Positions 39,712 to 52,633 of a DNA stretch of 64,000 bases are shown piece after piece. Each line of letters starts with the position of its first letter. The first letter of the stretch is position 1. The DNA comes from Octopus sinensis. Taxonomy: Eukaryota. The stretch spans positions 21,266,001 to 21,330,000 of the forward strand of contig NC_043012.1 of the NCBI RefSeq assembly GCF_006345805.1, written 5' to 3'. The notes beneath the pieces are model-generated. The model was not told the origin of the DNA and did no database searches. It saw only the letters and a list, made by a program, of their open reading frames with translations. The position numbers and the translations under genes are program-made.

Positions 39712-39925
39712 ATAAAGTTAATCCAAACATGAAAACACAAAGAGAAAACACAACAACGCGAGGACGTGGAACAAATATAGTATTATTGGACGCTCAGGAA
39801 GGAAGGGAAGAAAGAGGGTTTAACGTTTAGAGCGGAGCTCTTCGTCAGAAACATAGGAAAAGGAAAGATCCAGAGAAGGGAAGACGGAGGAAAAAAATCG
39901 CCAACGGTACACACGCGGTCACATA
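39712..39925 (-). mobile_element. ~210-bp (TA)n-flanked cassette with a hammerhead-like fold; probable PLE solo pLTR
   Basis: Bounded by TA runs; shares GTATTA..CGCTCAGGAA (39780-39800) and the GAGC..GCTC stem II with the 2.6-kb cassette. Confidence 0.6.
39818..39852 (-). ncRNA. Minimal hammerhead fold with G12U substitution, probably inactive
   Basis: Minus strand reads GTTT CTGACGA A GAGC tcc GCTC TAAA CG TT AAAC. Confidence 0.6.
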
Positions 39926-40451
39926 TATATATTTTTCTTTTCATGCGTTTTGTACGGCGCTATGGTAATTTAAAAAGTGATCATCAGACATCCGGAAATT
40001 TCTGTTATCTAACAGCTCCCAACCCCGTTTCCAGTGGTACCGCATAGAAGGTAACTTATTGTATATACGTGAGCGCACGTGCGCGCGCGCTTGTGTGTGT
40101 GTGTGTTTGCCTACTTTCGAGGATATTTTAAAATAAATTTCCTTATTATCATCCATATCTATTTCGAAACGACAGCATTTCTCAGTCTATTAACCCTACG
40201 ATGCTTCGGGGACCTCAGAGCCTCATCAGCAGAATAAAAGGGAGGTAACAAAGATGCGCTGTTCACACACTTTACAGTTGGTAGCAAAGAATTATGGAAA
40301 CATTATTGTAATTGATAAAATCATTAACACCGGAAATTTAAAAAAAAAACTATACGACGGGGAACCGTTTTAGATTTTATGATTTCGTTAGCGTATAATG
40401 TATTTCAACGTTGGTTTTTGCTTGATATTTTGCTATGAGAAAAATTTCAAT

Positions 40452-40857
40452 ACTCTTTTACTCTTTTACTTGTTTCAGTCATTTGACTGCGGCCATGCTG
40501 GAGCACCACCTTTAGTCGAGCAAATCGACCCCGGGACTTATTCTTTGTAAGCCCAGTACTTATTCCATCGGTCTCTTTTGCCGAACCGCTAAGTTACGGG
40601 GACGTAAACACACCAGCATCGGTTGTCAAGCAATGCTAGGGGGACAAACACACACACGCAAACATACACACAAATACATATATATATATACATATATACG
40701 ACAGGCTTCTTTTAGTTTCCGTCAACCAAATCCACTCACAAGGCATTGGTCGGCCCGGGGCTATAGCAGAAGACACTTGCCCAAGATGCCACACAGTGGG
40801 ACTGAACCCGGAACCATGTGGTTGGTTAGCAAGCTACTTACCACACAGCCACTCCTA
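40452..40857 (-). mobile_element. SINE family B, full length
   Basis: Consensus-like. Confidence 0.9.
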
Positions 40858-41294
40858 ATAGTTATCTTTCTTTCATATATGTTGTTTTGAAATTCTATAT
40901 CAAAGTATACTACTGTCGAATGTCTCCCTTTCAGAGACTCACAGCTATTTGATCTCTTACAAAAAGCCTGAGAGATCGACAGGGTGTGGAAGTAGCACCT
41001 TGGCCTTTTGCTGCCCAAGATCCCAAGTGATTCTATATCTCAGCAAGAAATGATGGTGCTTGTGGTGCCCCAGTATGACCATAGACTTTCAACTAAAATA
41101 TATAAAAGAATAAAAAGAAGAGTTTATATATACGAGTGTGTATGTATGTTTATATGTTTTATTTATATATGGATATATATTTATGTTTATATGTATATTT
41201 GTATATATATATATATACACTATTGTATGACTGAGCGCCCTCGCGTCGATTCGAGTCGATTCGATTCGTTTCGTTTCTTCGTCTTCTCTAAGCT

Positions 41295-41334
<40 letters not shown>

Positions 41335-41377
41335 GTATATTCATATATTATATATGTGTGGTGTATATTGTATATTG

Positions 41378-41410
<33 letters not shown>

Positions 41411-41498
41411 AGTGTATATGTGTATATATATGTGGTGTGGTATATATTTATATTATGTGTGTGTTGTATGTATATATCTATATATAATATATATATAC

Positions 41499-41544
<46 letters not shown>

Positions 41545-41592
41545 ATATATATAATATATATATATATATAATATATATATATATATTCTATG

Positions 41593-41760
41593 AGGGCTGC
41601 GAGCTGGCAGAAACGTTAGCAAGCCGAGGTCGACTTTGCCTTTCATCCTTTCGGGGTCGATTAAATAAGTACCAGTTGCGCACTGGAGTCGATGTAATCG
41701 ACTTAATCCCTTTGTTTGTCCCCTCTATGTTTAGCCCCCTGTGGGCAATAAAGAAATAAG
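41593..41760 (+). mobile_element. SINE family A, internally deleted
   Basis: A box joined directly to GCCGAGGTCGAC; the B-box segment is missing. Confidence 0.85.
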
Positions 41761-42242
41761 TATACACACACACACATACGCACACACGTCACCTTCACAG
41801 AATAGTTGAGTGTGTGTGTGTCCGCGCGCACGCGTGATTTACGCTAGGTTCATTTATCGTCTCAATGAATAGAAATTATGAAATCAATGTGAAAATATAC
41901 TCTCCTCTTTTCTCTGAAGAAAATTAGCGATTCTCAGTGAAGTGAGATTGCTAAAAGCTTGTATTTAAAAGCTGTTTACCACAATTCACTTTCCGTACCT
42001 AACGTTGTTTTAGTTACGATATACTCGAAAGCCCATATTATTAGGCATCTGTTATTCGAAGACACTAAATGAATTGGAGCACATTTCTTTTCAACCGCTT
42101 TCGTGTTTTGTAAGGTGTCAGGTAGACTTTACTTCCTCTGATATTTGTATAGCTTCTAATAATAAAAAGATATATATACCACAGCCGGAGTATAAATAAA
42201 AACCTTGACAAATTACTATACGTAATTCGATCTAGATTGGTT

Positions 42243-42651
42243 ACTCTTTACTCTTTCTCTTTTACTTGTTTCAGTCATTTGACTGTGGCCATGCTGGAGC
42301 ACCGCCTTTAGTCGAGCAAATCGACCCCAGGACTTATTCTTTGTAAGCCTAGTACTTATTCTATCGGTCTCTTTTGCCGAACCGCTAAGTTACGGTGACG
42401 TAAACACACCAGCATCGGTTGTCAAGCGATGTTGGGGGGACAAACACAGACACACAAACATATACACACACATATATATAATATATACGACGGGCTTCTT
42501 TCAGTTTCCGTCTACCAAATCCACTCACAAGGCTTTGGTCGGCCCGAGGCTATAGTGGAAGACACTGGCCCAAGGTGCCACGCAGTGGGACTGAACCCAG
42601 AACCATGTGGTTGGTAAACAAGCTACTTACCACACAGCCACTCCTACGCCT
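42243..42651 (-). mobile_element. SINE family B, full length
   Basis: Consensus-like. Confidence 0.9.
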
Positions 42652-45195
42652 ATTTATTTTTATTTTATTTTTATTTATTGTGTTAACACATTTATGAAAT
42701 GGCTCTTTGTTTTTGTTTTTCTTTTTTACTCAGTCAGTAGATGTTATTTCTTGTCTTTAAAATAGATAAGTAATGAGTTAACATCGTTTGCATCATTCGC
42801 CGTATGAAACTTTATATAACTATATACCTGAATGTGAGTTTCTTACTGCCCGAACATAAACTTTTTACCGGATGTCCACTTGCATAAACCTTTATTTCTA
42901 TAACATTCGGACGAGGTCTAAGGTCTGAGAATAACCGCTTCCCTTCATGCCACAAGCCTTTATTGTCATTATCATTATTATTGTTATTATTGAAGAGACG
43001 AGCTGGCAGGATTATTATTATTATATTATTAAAGGGATAAGCCCGCTGGACAAAATGATTGGCGGCATTTCGCCCGTCTCAACGTTCTGAATTCAAATTC
43101 CGCCGAGATCGAGTTCGCCTTTCATCCTTTCAGGATCGATGAAATAAGGAGCAGTTGAGCATTAGGGCCGATGCCCTCGAACTTATAGGACTGGTTAGCC
43201 AATTTCCATGGCCCAGATAAGTGACCGAAATCACATCATTCCTCCAACACAGGACAGTGCACCAAGACAGCAATTTTGATGGGAGGGAACAAGTCGACCC
43301 CAATATTGTCAGTAATTTATTTTATTGACTCCGAAAGGATGAAAGGTAAAGTTGATCTCGAAAGAAATGCTTTCAAGACACGCTAATGATTCTGTTGCCA
43401 GTCCTGAGTAAATGGAAAACGTCGAGGGTCCAGTTCCTTCGCCTCTGATTAAGCCATTAAAAATCACTGTTAAGAGAATTCCCACAAGGAATTGACCGAA
43501 CGAACGTTATTACTAGGAATATGGAACCAGCAAAATCGAAATCCATGTTTTCATGAGCCAACAATGGAACCTTTGCGTAGGATCTCGAACAGTTAAAAAG
43601 CAAACTTGCCTCAAATAATTCCTTACCGTATTTCAAAAGCCACCACAAGGTTCACCTTAGTTGTTGTTTACTGGCTTGTGAGCTTCAATGGCCCTGAGAA
43701 CTATAGCCAACGGAGTGCAAGTTCCTGATTCCCCACCCCCTCATGCTGGGAAGGTTAAAGTATAGAGGCCAAACTAATACGGAACACTTCTCAGAGATAA
43801 AAAAGAATTGAGTTTGCCTTAGGTCAAGACCCTTGCTTAGAATAAAGCAAATTTACAGAAGCATTGATAAAAAATCAAAACCAATAATCTCTGGGAGAGG
43901 AAGGCCAGAAGGCCTTCTCTCAATAAGGATGTAAAGGCCACAAAAGGACAACCCAGGGTTGAGAACTTTGGAAAAGTCTCATCGATGGTCAATATTCCAA
44001 AGGGAACGAAGAGCTAAAGTATTACAAAAGAAACGAGTCCTACATACTTTATAGCTAAAAAGCAAAAACAAAAGATGTCAGGGAGTTTCAGGTGGAACTT
44101 CTTTGATCATTGGTCTGCATGATCTGCGCTTACTTGTAGTTAAACAACAACCCTACCTCTTACATTTCGTTAGTGCAATAAATTTAGACCATTACAAACA
44201 GTGGTTAGGTTTTTAATTTACATTTCATTTGTCCAGAATCGATGAACGATATATCAATAATTTACTACTTTCGGTTCAATATTCGGTAACCTTTCTTCCC
44301 AATAAACAAAACGACTTCGAGTTTAAACGAAAGAAATGATTTATACAAGATCAATCTGACATATAAACTTTATAAGAATAAAATATTTCAACGATTTGTT
44401 GTTGCTGTTGTTGTTGCTGCTACAGCAGCTGCTGCTGCTGCTGCTGCTGCTTGGCCCGAAATCCGCCTGAATCGATTCGCTTTATGATCAAAGTCATTTG
44501 GTTTCTGGCCATCAAATCTTTTAGACTGCGTTATCCAATGTGTCCCTTTTTGGAGACAGTAAGATGCTATTTAATGACATTTAGCAATTCGATCGACCTT
44601 TCAGGGGTTAAGTGCTGAACCAAATGCTCCCGAGGAAATCTTCAAAAACCCATAAAAAAAACTTATAAAAAAGAAAAGTAATAGTTCAGTATAGTTTTTT
44701 GTATCTCGGGAGGGTCATTATACAAATAATAAATACAGGCACCGGTTCTATTTCACTTCTTTTATTGTTATTGTTCAGTTGGTTAGCCAACTAACTAATC
44801 CATTGTTTAATTAATCGTTCCCTTAATCATTGTATCAGGTAAGTTTGTCAAAGACCTTTCGTCGCAAATCACGAACTCATTAATGGCATGCCCTCTCGTC
44901 TCTAGACCTACTTCAGGTTGTTAGATGTCTATGAATTTGTAAAATCAAACATTCGTTATTTTTCTAAGTACGAACGTGAACCCCATCTCGCACAACAGTT
45001 TCTTGTACACTTTTGGCGAACAGGCTTCGTCGTTGACTTACACCATTAATTATTAACCGACTACAATGTATGGTTATAATGTAGACGCAGTATGGCCGAA
45101 TGGTTATGAAACTAGCTTCGTTATTACAAGGTACTGGGTTCAATCCCACAGCATGGCACTATGGGCAAGTGTCTTTTGTCGCTGCCTCGGATAGA

Positions 45196-45315
45196 GAGGA
45201 AACTGGGAAGATGGAAACTGGGCAGATGGAAACTGGGCAGATGGAAACTGGGCAGATGGAAACTGGGCAGATGGAAACTGGGCAGATGGAAACTGGGCAG
45301 ATGGAAACTGTGCAG
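45196..45315 (+). repeat. 15-bp minisatellite (ATGGAAACTGGGCAG): 6 perfect plus 2 degenerate units, inside a SINE-B head
   Basis: Perfect units start at 45211, 45226, 45241, 45256, 45271 and 45286. Confidence 0.95.
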
Positions 45316-45715
45316 AAACCTATCAGATTTTGCCTGACAACCAAAGATACAGCCTTGTTATGCACTGCACGACGTAGATTCTACCTGAGTATTGCATCGA
45401 TGATTGTTGTGTTTGCGGAATACTCAACCACACTAATTCAATGTGCAGGTAATTCAATTAACGAACAACTGTATAAACACCCATCGTCGAAACAGACGGA
45501 TATCCATTTACACAGCACGTAACAAGTAAAAACAATTTCCCGCTGTTTTCACGAATGCGGTCGCTGTAACGGTTGGCTGAATTGTTTAGCAGTAAAAGTT
45601 GATTGGTAGGATCATAATAATTACACGACACTGACTTATATAGAAAATGTCTCAACATAACGTCTGTAGTCTTAGATTATCTTTCAACTGTGTTGTTATT
45701 TGTAATATCACTAAA

Positions 45716-45758
<43 letters not shown>

Positions 45759-46714
45759 TGCATGCATACATACATACATACATACATAGAATGAGAGAGA
45801 TGTTCCGAGTTGTAGGCCACAATTGTAGAACCAAGATAGAATTTCGCGTAGGGATAGGCTTTTTGATGGATAAGGTCAGATGCTCTATGCCTTTCCCTGA
45901 TACTTTTTATGAAGCCATCCGAGGTCTGAAACTTTTGCTAGTTTGTTCACAAGACCCAAACAAACAACTTTACCTTCTTTCTCAGTACCTATATCTACCT
46001 ATTTGTCTACCTGTCTACCTATCGTTTCTCTCTCTCTCCCATCGCTCAAGTGCGACCTGATACGATTCCTTTGAACTTTCACGAGTTCCTCACATGCATA
46101 CGCTACTTATTTTTATTGCTTTTGGCGCTCAAAGAGTACCAGGCCATCGAGGGTGAGCACAAAGATTAAATTACTTTCACAGCTTAGTTCTGTTGTGGTT
46201 TTAAACCACAGAGGAGTCTATTATGTTTTAATATCGACATAAAAGCTTAATACAATATATACCACTGAAATATAAAGTCAATTTCAGCGATATTAACCCA
46301 AACCTGAAAAGGTACAAATGAAAGGAATCGTCATAGTTTTTTTATGTTGCAGAGCAGAGAATTGACAAAATGGGACTTAATGCTATACAGTATTTAGTTT
46401 TTTTTCCTTCAAAGTATCAAGTTCAAATTCCGTAGGATCAACTTTGCTTTTTATGAAAGAAGCCCGTCGTATATATGTATATATATGCGTGTGTGTGTTT
46501 GTGTGTCTGTGTTTGTCCCCCTAGCATTGCTTGACAACCGATGCTGGTGTGTTTATGTCCCCGTTACTTAGCGGTTCGGCAAAAGAGACCGATAGAATAA
46601 GTACTGGGCTTACAAAAGAATAAGTCCCGGTGTCGAGTTGCTCGATTAAAGCCGGTGCTCCAGCATGGCCGCAGTCAAATGACTGAAACAAGTAAAAGAG
46701 TAAAAGAGTAAAGA

Positions 46715-47126
46715 GTATATACATATATACATACATATATATATATGTATACATATATATATATATACATATATACATATATATATATACATGCATATAT
46801 ATATATATATATTTATACATATATATATACATATATATATATACATACATATATATATATATACATATATACATATATATATATACATGCATATATATAT
46901 ATATATATATTATATATACATATATATTATATATATATATACTATATATATACATATATATATATACATACAATATATATATATATATATTTATACATAT
47001 ATATATATACATATATATATATACATACATATATATATATATATATTTATACATATATATATACATATATATATATACATACATATATATATATATATAT
47101 TTATACATATATATACATATATATAT

Positions 47127-47163
<37 letters not shown>

Positions 47164-47195
47164 CTATATATATACATATTATATATATATATATT
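46715..47195. repeat. Long patterned (TA)n/(TACA) compound microsatellite at the 3' end of a SINE-B
   Basis: Direct reading; source of the longest ORF-track entries (218 and 250 aa). Confidence 0.95.
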
Positions 47196-47390
47196 TCTTT
47201 ATTGCCCACAACGGGCTAAACATGGAGGGGACAAACGTGGACAGACAAGGGATAAAGTCGTTTACATCGACCCCAGTGCGAAACTGGTACTTTATTTATC
47301 GACCCCGAAAGGATGAAAGGCAAAGTCGACCTCGGCGGAATTTCAACTCAGAACGTAACGACAGACGAAATACGGCTACGCATTTCCTCC
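47193..47390 (-). mobile_element. SINE family A, 5'-truncated
   Basis: Consensus-like body and tail. Confidence 0.85.
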
Positions 47391-47996
47391 GGCGTATATA
47401 TATATATAATATATATAATATATATATATATATATTATATATACATATATACATATACATATATATAGTTACCAGTATTCTCGTGAAAGTATTATAAATG
47501 TGCATTCTTCGAAAAGTGTTGAGTAGTGCTTCAGTTTAATGTAAAATTGTTTTTATAATTCGCCAAAGCAAACATTAACATAATACACACCAACACATAC
47601 ACATTCACACACACGCAAAACATTGTGATATATAGCTGAGACATATTGATTGATCTTGTATAATGGCTAATGTTTCTGTATTTGATTTCATGTTATCACT
47701 GTGTGCGACAGAATCACGTTGAATATATATATATAAACATAGTAAACGTCAATTTTAGTTTTTACTCTTTTGTCAACCTATTTGAACAAACCTTTGCGAT
47801 TTGTTCATATGATATATGTTCTGTTTGCTTAAGTTGTGTGCATGTATTTGTCATGTATACATATATGTGCGTGTGGTCTACCTATGATCAGGACCGTGAG
47901 AAGATATTTTTACTGAATTTCCTCCTTGAGAAAAGCAAAAAATTTTAAACGGAAAATAAAATGTCTGCAACTCTGTGATATTGAAGCTAAGATACC

Positions 47997-48042
<46 letters not shown>

Positions 48043-49139
48043 CAATATTGTTTTGCACTCTGCACGGCAATGGAGTCACATATGTGTCAAACCAAACAAC
48101 TTAAGTATTTTATTCTTAATAAAATACACACTTAATCATATAAATTCATATTCAAATGTCTATTTTATTGATTTTCAATAAATTACAAATCTAGATATAT
48201 TTTTAATGCAATTTTTTTTATGTATATTAATATATATTTTAACCGAAACTTAATTTCTCAAACTCACTCTTACGTGTTCTCACTTGGAGTTATAATGCAG
48301 AAATTATTTTTGAAAATAGTCGAATATAGGTATAATCTTAAGTAGAATTTTATTTAATTCATATACACCCTAGAGTCTTGTAAGGTATTTCTCGTACACT
48401 TATTGACAAACCTGTACAACCGGAGTGTGTGTGTGTGTGTGGTGTGTGTGTGTGTGTGTGAGGATCAGAAGCGATAAATTGCAGGATTCAATTCATAAGT
48501 GTAGAGTGTATTTAAAGCATTACATAAGTGTATTTAATGTATTACAACTGAAGGGCTCCTAAGTTCAGAAGTCCAGTCCTCTGAGTAACAGGTTTCCGAT
48601 CATCAGTTGGTAATCCGAGCCAGGTTTTCTTTTGGATTATTTGCTGTTTAAATATTTTTTTAAAATATTGTATAAAAGGTATGAATATAAGGCTTATATT
48701 TACGCTCCTTTTGAAGAATTCTTGCGAGAGACGGCTGCTTCAAGCTCATGTTTTACGTTTGTTTATTGTACAATGGTAATCTTGATGTTTATCAAAGTTC
48801 AACGGGTTTTTATATCGCTCGAAATCGTAATTTCCACATTCGAGCCAAACTTTTCCAAAATTTAAATATATTTCCCTGCAGAGAATTAATGACTTGGGGT
48901 ATTTGACTTCACGTTTCAAAGAGTCATATATGGCGGTGGGAAGAGTTGAAGTTCTTTGTGATGCATTAAAAATGTATACAAAACTAAAAGAGATAATATT
49001 TGAACAAGGAATTTTAAAAATATTTATCATTGACCTTTCCTAACTAGAACATTCCTCTGTTCCGTGGAGCTTACAAGAAAAGAAGCATTTCATGTTAATG
49101 CAACAGACGATTTTAGGGACCCCATTAGGGAAGTCGGCG

Positions 49140-49670
49140 ATTTGGAATTTGTCACCAGCACCGTATTCTATCTATGATCAAGATTCGTATCTCTTAATAG
49201 TGCAAGGAACTTGATTGTACTATTAAACATATCATCACCGTAAAAAGACCACACCGCAACTAATATTTAACCAAAAGCCTGTTATAGTAGGTCATTCGTG
49301 CTTTACAGAGCAGAAACTTGGACAGTGTACATTGTAATGGAGAAAAAGATAGAAACCTTTGAGATGTGGGTCTTGGGCAAATTGGAGAGAATAAGCTGGA
49401 AAGACAGGGTAACAAACGCTGCAGTACTAAAAACAGCTAAAAGCCGAAAGACCTTCATTGTCGACAATCAAGTCCCCAAAACTATCATAGTTTGGGTGTA
49501 CAATGTGTCACGTATCACTGCCCAAGACCACCCTGACTGGAGGGGAAAAGAGAAGGAAGTTACTAATGATGTTTGTGAACTACCGAGATCAAAGTATAAG
49601 AGTGTGGTTGGTGCATGCAGCACAACAGAGGGAGCTGGGGATTCTTTTCAAGATGACGTCTAGATACAAG
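49140..49670 (+). mobile_element. Decayed RTE-clade LINE, ORF C-terminal region
   Basis: LYRAETWT..EKKIETFEMWVLGKLERISWKDRVTNAAVL matches the RTE motif LLYGAETWT..AFEMWCLRRIL.ISW.D.VTNEEVL. Confidence 0.75.
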
Positions 49671-50059
49671 GAAGGCACCCGGATTATGAGACCTATTTCT
49701 AAGATGTTACTCTAAAAAGGCTGATTCACAAATGTAGTCAGGGAGAGTGTAGTTAGAATAAATTTTTATGTCTAAGTTTATTGGATTCAATTCCCACTGA
49801 GAGATATACTAAAATGTTTCCAGACCTTAATAAATTACTAAAGCTGAACAACTCATCCTAATGGCGAAGACCTGATCAGTAAAATTTGAATAACGAATTA
49901 GATTGCTCTAACTTGTAACGACTTACTTCAATCTAAATTTTTACTAGCACAGTTCAAAAAACATAAATTGGACAATATCACAAGTAACACGTTTAAACAG
50001 GTTCTTTTAACACTGGAAAAAATAATTCATTAGCATTCCTTATATCACGTAAAATAACC

Positions 50060-50071
50060 ATATATATATTA

Positions 50072-50106
<35 letters not shown>

Positions 50107-50389
50107 TAATATATATATATATATATATGTTAATATATAAATATATATATATATAGATGTTAAATATATATATATATATATAGATATATATATATATATG
50201 TTAATATATATATTATATAATATGTTAATATATATATATATATATATAATATATATATATATGTTAATCTATATTATATATATATATATATATATATGTT
50301 AATATATATATAATATATATATGTTAATATATATATATATTATATATATATATATGTTAATATATATATATATATATATAGTATAATGT

Positions 50390-50463
<74 letters not shown>

Positions 50464-50513
50464 AATATAATATATTATATATATTATATATATTAATATA
50501 TATATATATATTA

Positions 50514-50544
<31 letters not shown>

Positions 50545-50546
50545 TA

Positions 50547-50584
<38 letters not shown>

Positions 50585-50660
50585 TATTATATATATGTAT
50601 ATATATAAATAAATATATATATATATGTATATGTATATATAATATACATATTATATATAT
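50060..50660. repeat. (TA)n array punctuated by recurring TGTTAA spacers
   Basis: Roughly ten ATATGTTAAT interruptions separated by variable TA runs. Confidence 0.9.
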
Positions 50661-51179
50661 ATAACGTTACGTCTAATTATTAAAGTGGAAAAATTATCAC
50701 ATCAGCCATTTCTATTGGTTTTTTTCAAACTGTGTGTGTGTGTGTTATCCATGTATGTGTTAGTTAAACTGATGGCTCCGAATTTGCTGCCGTCAATGCT
50801 CATATAGCATATCCAAAAGTGCCACTCCCATAAAAGCGACCCCTGGGACTGGAGGAAGTGAACGCTACCCAGTCACACCAACCCCCAACCCCTACCACTA
50901 ACCTTAGTTACACGACGAATTAATTATTAGCTAATTACTAAACTATACATTTCGGTACATGAAAATGTTTTTCAGGAAAATTTTGATTTATCTAAACCTA
51001 ACACTGAATGTGTTACTGTTTCTTAATATTTTCTTAATGGTCTGATTGATTAGAAATATTATTTTCTTATTCGAGAACGAAACCAAATTTACTTTTATTA
51101 TATTTATTTATCCTTTTACTTATTTCTTTGCAGTGGAAAGTTGTTATTATCAAATGGCGAGGGCACAAATAGCGAAAAT

Positions 51180-51581
51180 TTTTTTTTTTTTTTTTGAGTG
51201 GAAGCACTCCGTCGGTTACGACGATGAGGGTTCCGGTTGATCCGAATCAACGGAACAGCCTGCTCATGAAATTAACCTGCAAGTGGCTGAGCACTCCACA
51301 GACACGTGTACCCTTAACGTAGTTCTCGGGGATATTCAGCGTGACACAGAGAGTGACAAGGCCGGCCCTTTGAAATACAGGTACAATAGAAACAGGAAGT
51401 AAGAGTGAGAGAAAGTTGTGGTGAAAGAGTACAGCAGGGATCACCACCATCCCCTGCCGGAGCCTCGTGGAGCTTTAGGTGTTTTTGCTCAATAAACACT
51501 CACAACGCCCGGTCTGGGAATCGAAACCGCGATCCTACGACCGCGAGTCCGCTGCCCTAATCACTGGGCCATTGCGCCTCC
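51180..51581 (-). mobile_element. SINE head C with tail Y, poly(A) tail and 10-bp TSD; second copy at ~56021-56388(-), head fragment at 21058-21222(-)
   Basis: TAGCGAAAAT at 51170-51179 and 51582-51591; T-run on + is the poly(A); tail Y is TCACGCTGAAT..GTGCTCAGCCAC..AGCAGGCTGTTCCG..CGACGGAGTGCTTCC. Confidence 0.9.
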
Positions 51582-51780
51582 TAGCGAAAATAATAAAGTA
51601 GTCAAAACAGGTAAATTTCAGAATTCCACCATGCTGTAAGTTGATCTTAGGAATAGTAAGACAAATTCGTCACAGGGAACAGTACCGAGACTTACAAATT
51701 ATCTACCAAAACCTCTCAAAGCTGCTGGCCTTTATCTTACTCGTTTCAGTTATTCGACTGCGACCATGCTGGGTCACCAC

Positions 51781-52141
51781 CTTTATTCTCTTGAAAAACG
51801 CCGCCGCCGTGGTGATCTCATTCTCGCCCACAACATCATAAGCGGAAAGTGTAACCTCTCGAAAGAGCTGTTCTTCACTCCTGCTCCAGAGCGTCGGCTG
51901 CGGGGTCATTCCGAAAAGCTCTACCTGCGACGATTTCATCTCAATCGAAGGAGAGGAGCTTTCTCCGTCCGGGTTGCGGATCCGTGGAACAAGCTGCCAG
52001 ACGAGATGGTGAAGATGCCGACGACCGCTTTGTTCAAAGCCTCCCTGGACCTCAAGTGGCCTGAACTCTTTACATGAACACCACCCTGTACTTAACTCCA
52101 TGTCCCCCTACATGGCCTTGCTATTTGCTTTTGAGCCAAAT

Positions 52142-52179
<38 letters not shown>
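51781..52179 (+). mobile_element. 5'-truncated CR1-type LINE 3' end with (TAAC)n tail, inserted into a SINE-B tail
   Basis: LYSLEKRRRRGDLILAHNIISG..RLRGHSEKL..AFSVRVADPWNKLPDEMV..FKASLD, stop at 52077, then a short 3'UTR and (TAAC)n at 52141-52179. The flanks rejoin as SINE sequence CACCACCTTTA|GTCGAACGAATCGAC. Confidence 0.9.
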
Positions 52180-52385
52180 GTCGAACGAATCGACTCCAGT
52201 ACTTATGTTTTTAATGTCAGGTTCTCATTCTTAATTTGCAGTCGTGACTTTCAGTTTTCCCCTAACGCGTATCACTTGGAGAAGATGAGTTGTATTAAGT
52301 TGACTAAACTCAAATGCATTTCATGTAGCTATTGTGTTCGATGTTGTCCGATCATCAACTTTGTTCTTGAAGACCCATTTCTATT

Positions 52386-52633
52386 CAGTTGCACGGTGTT
52401 CCATGCATCAGATGCCAAAGCGATCGTAGATCAACGTGAAATGAAGTCTTTGCTGAAGAACATTACGTACCGCCGAGTGCGGGAATTGAAACCAAGATCT
52501 TGCGGTCGTGAGTGCAACCTTCTAAATATTAGGCCACCAGAGAGAGGGGGAAAGAGAGAGTGAGAGAGAGAGAAAGAGAGAGAGAGAGATGGGTGTAGGT
52601 GTGTGTATGTATAGTATGCTCTTAACTCCTAAT
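52386..52633 (-). repeat. ~250-bp block present in inverted orientation at 58606-58881 (decayed SINE head, (GA)n, MITE TIR end)
   Basis: Shared idiosyncratic sequence, e.g. CAACCTTCTAAATATTAGGCCAC and GGGTGTAGGTGTGTGTATGTATAGTATGC.CTTAACTC.TAAT, in opposite orientation ~6 kb apart. Confidence 0.85.

Noticed and set aside
40204-40229. CTGATGAGGCTCTGAGGTCCCCGAAG on the minus strand
   Set aside because: GAAG instead of GAAA, stem II out of register and no stem I. At best a heavily decayed relic, so not counted.
45100-45522. 140-aa ORF with METGQ repeats
   Set aside because: Produced by a 15-bp minisatellite inside a SINE head; not a recognisable protein.
46521-47497. Longest ORFs in the track (218, 250 and 142 aa) and the many other YI/CV/HT/YLSI-rich ORFs
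   Set aside because: They are translations of (TA)n, (CA)n, (TACA)n and (TAGA)n microsatellites or of SINE bodies, which lack stops in some frames. There is no coding signal.
48590-48606. CTGATGA-TCG-GAAA-CCTGTT on the minus strand
   Set aside because: No stem II (3-nt linker) and no stem I complementarity.
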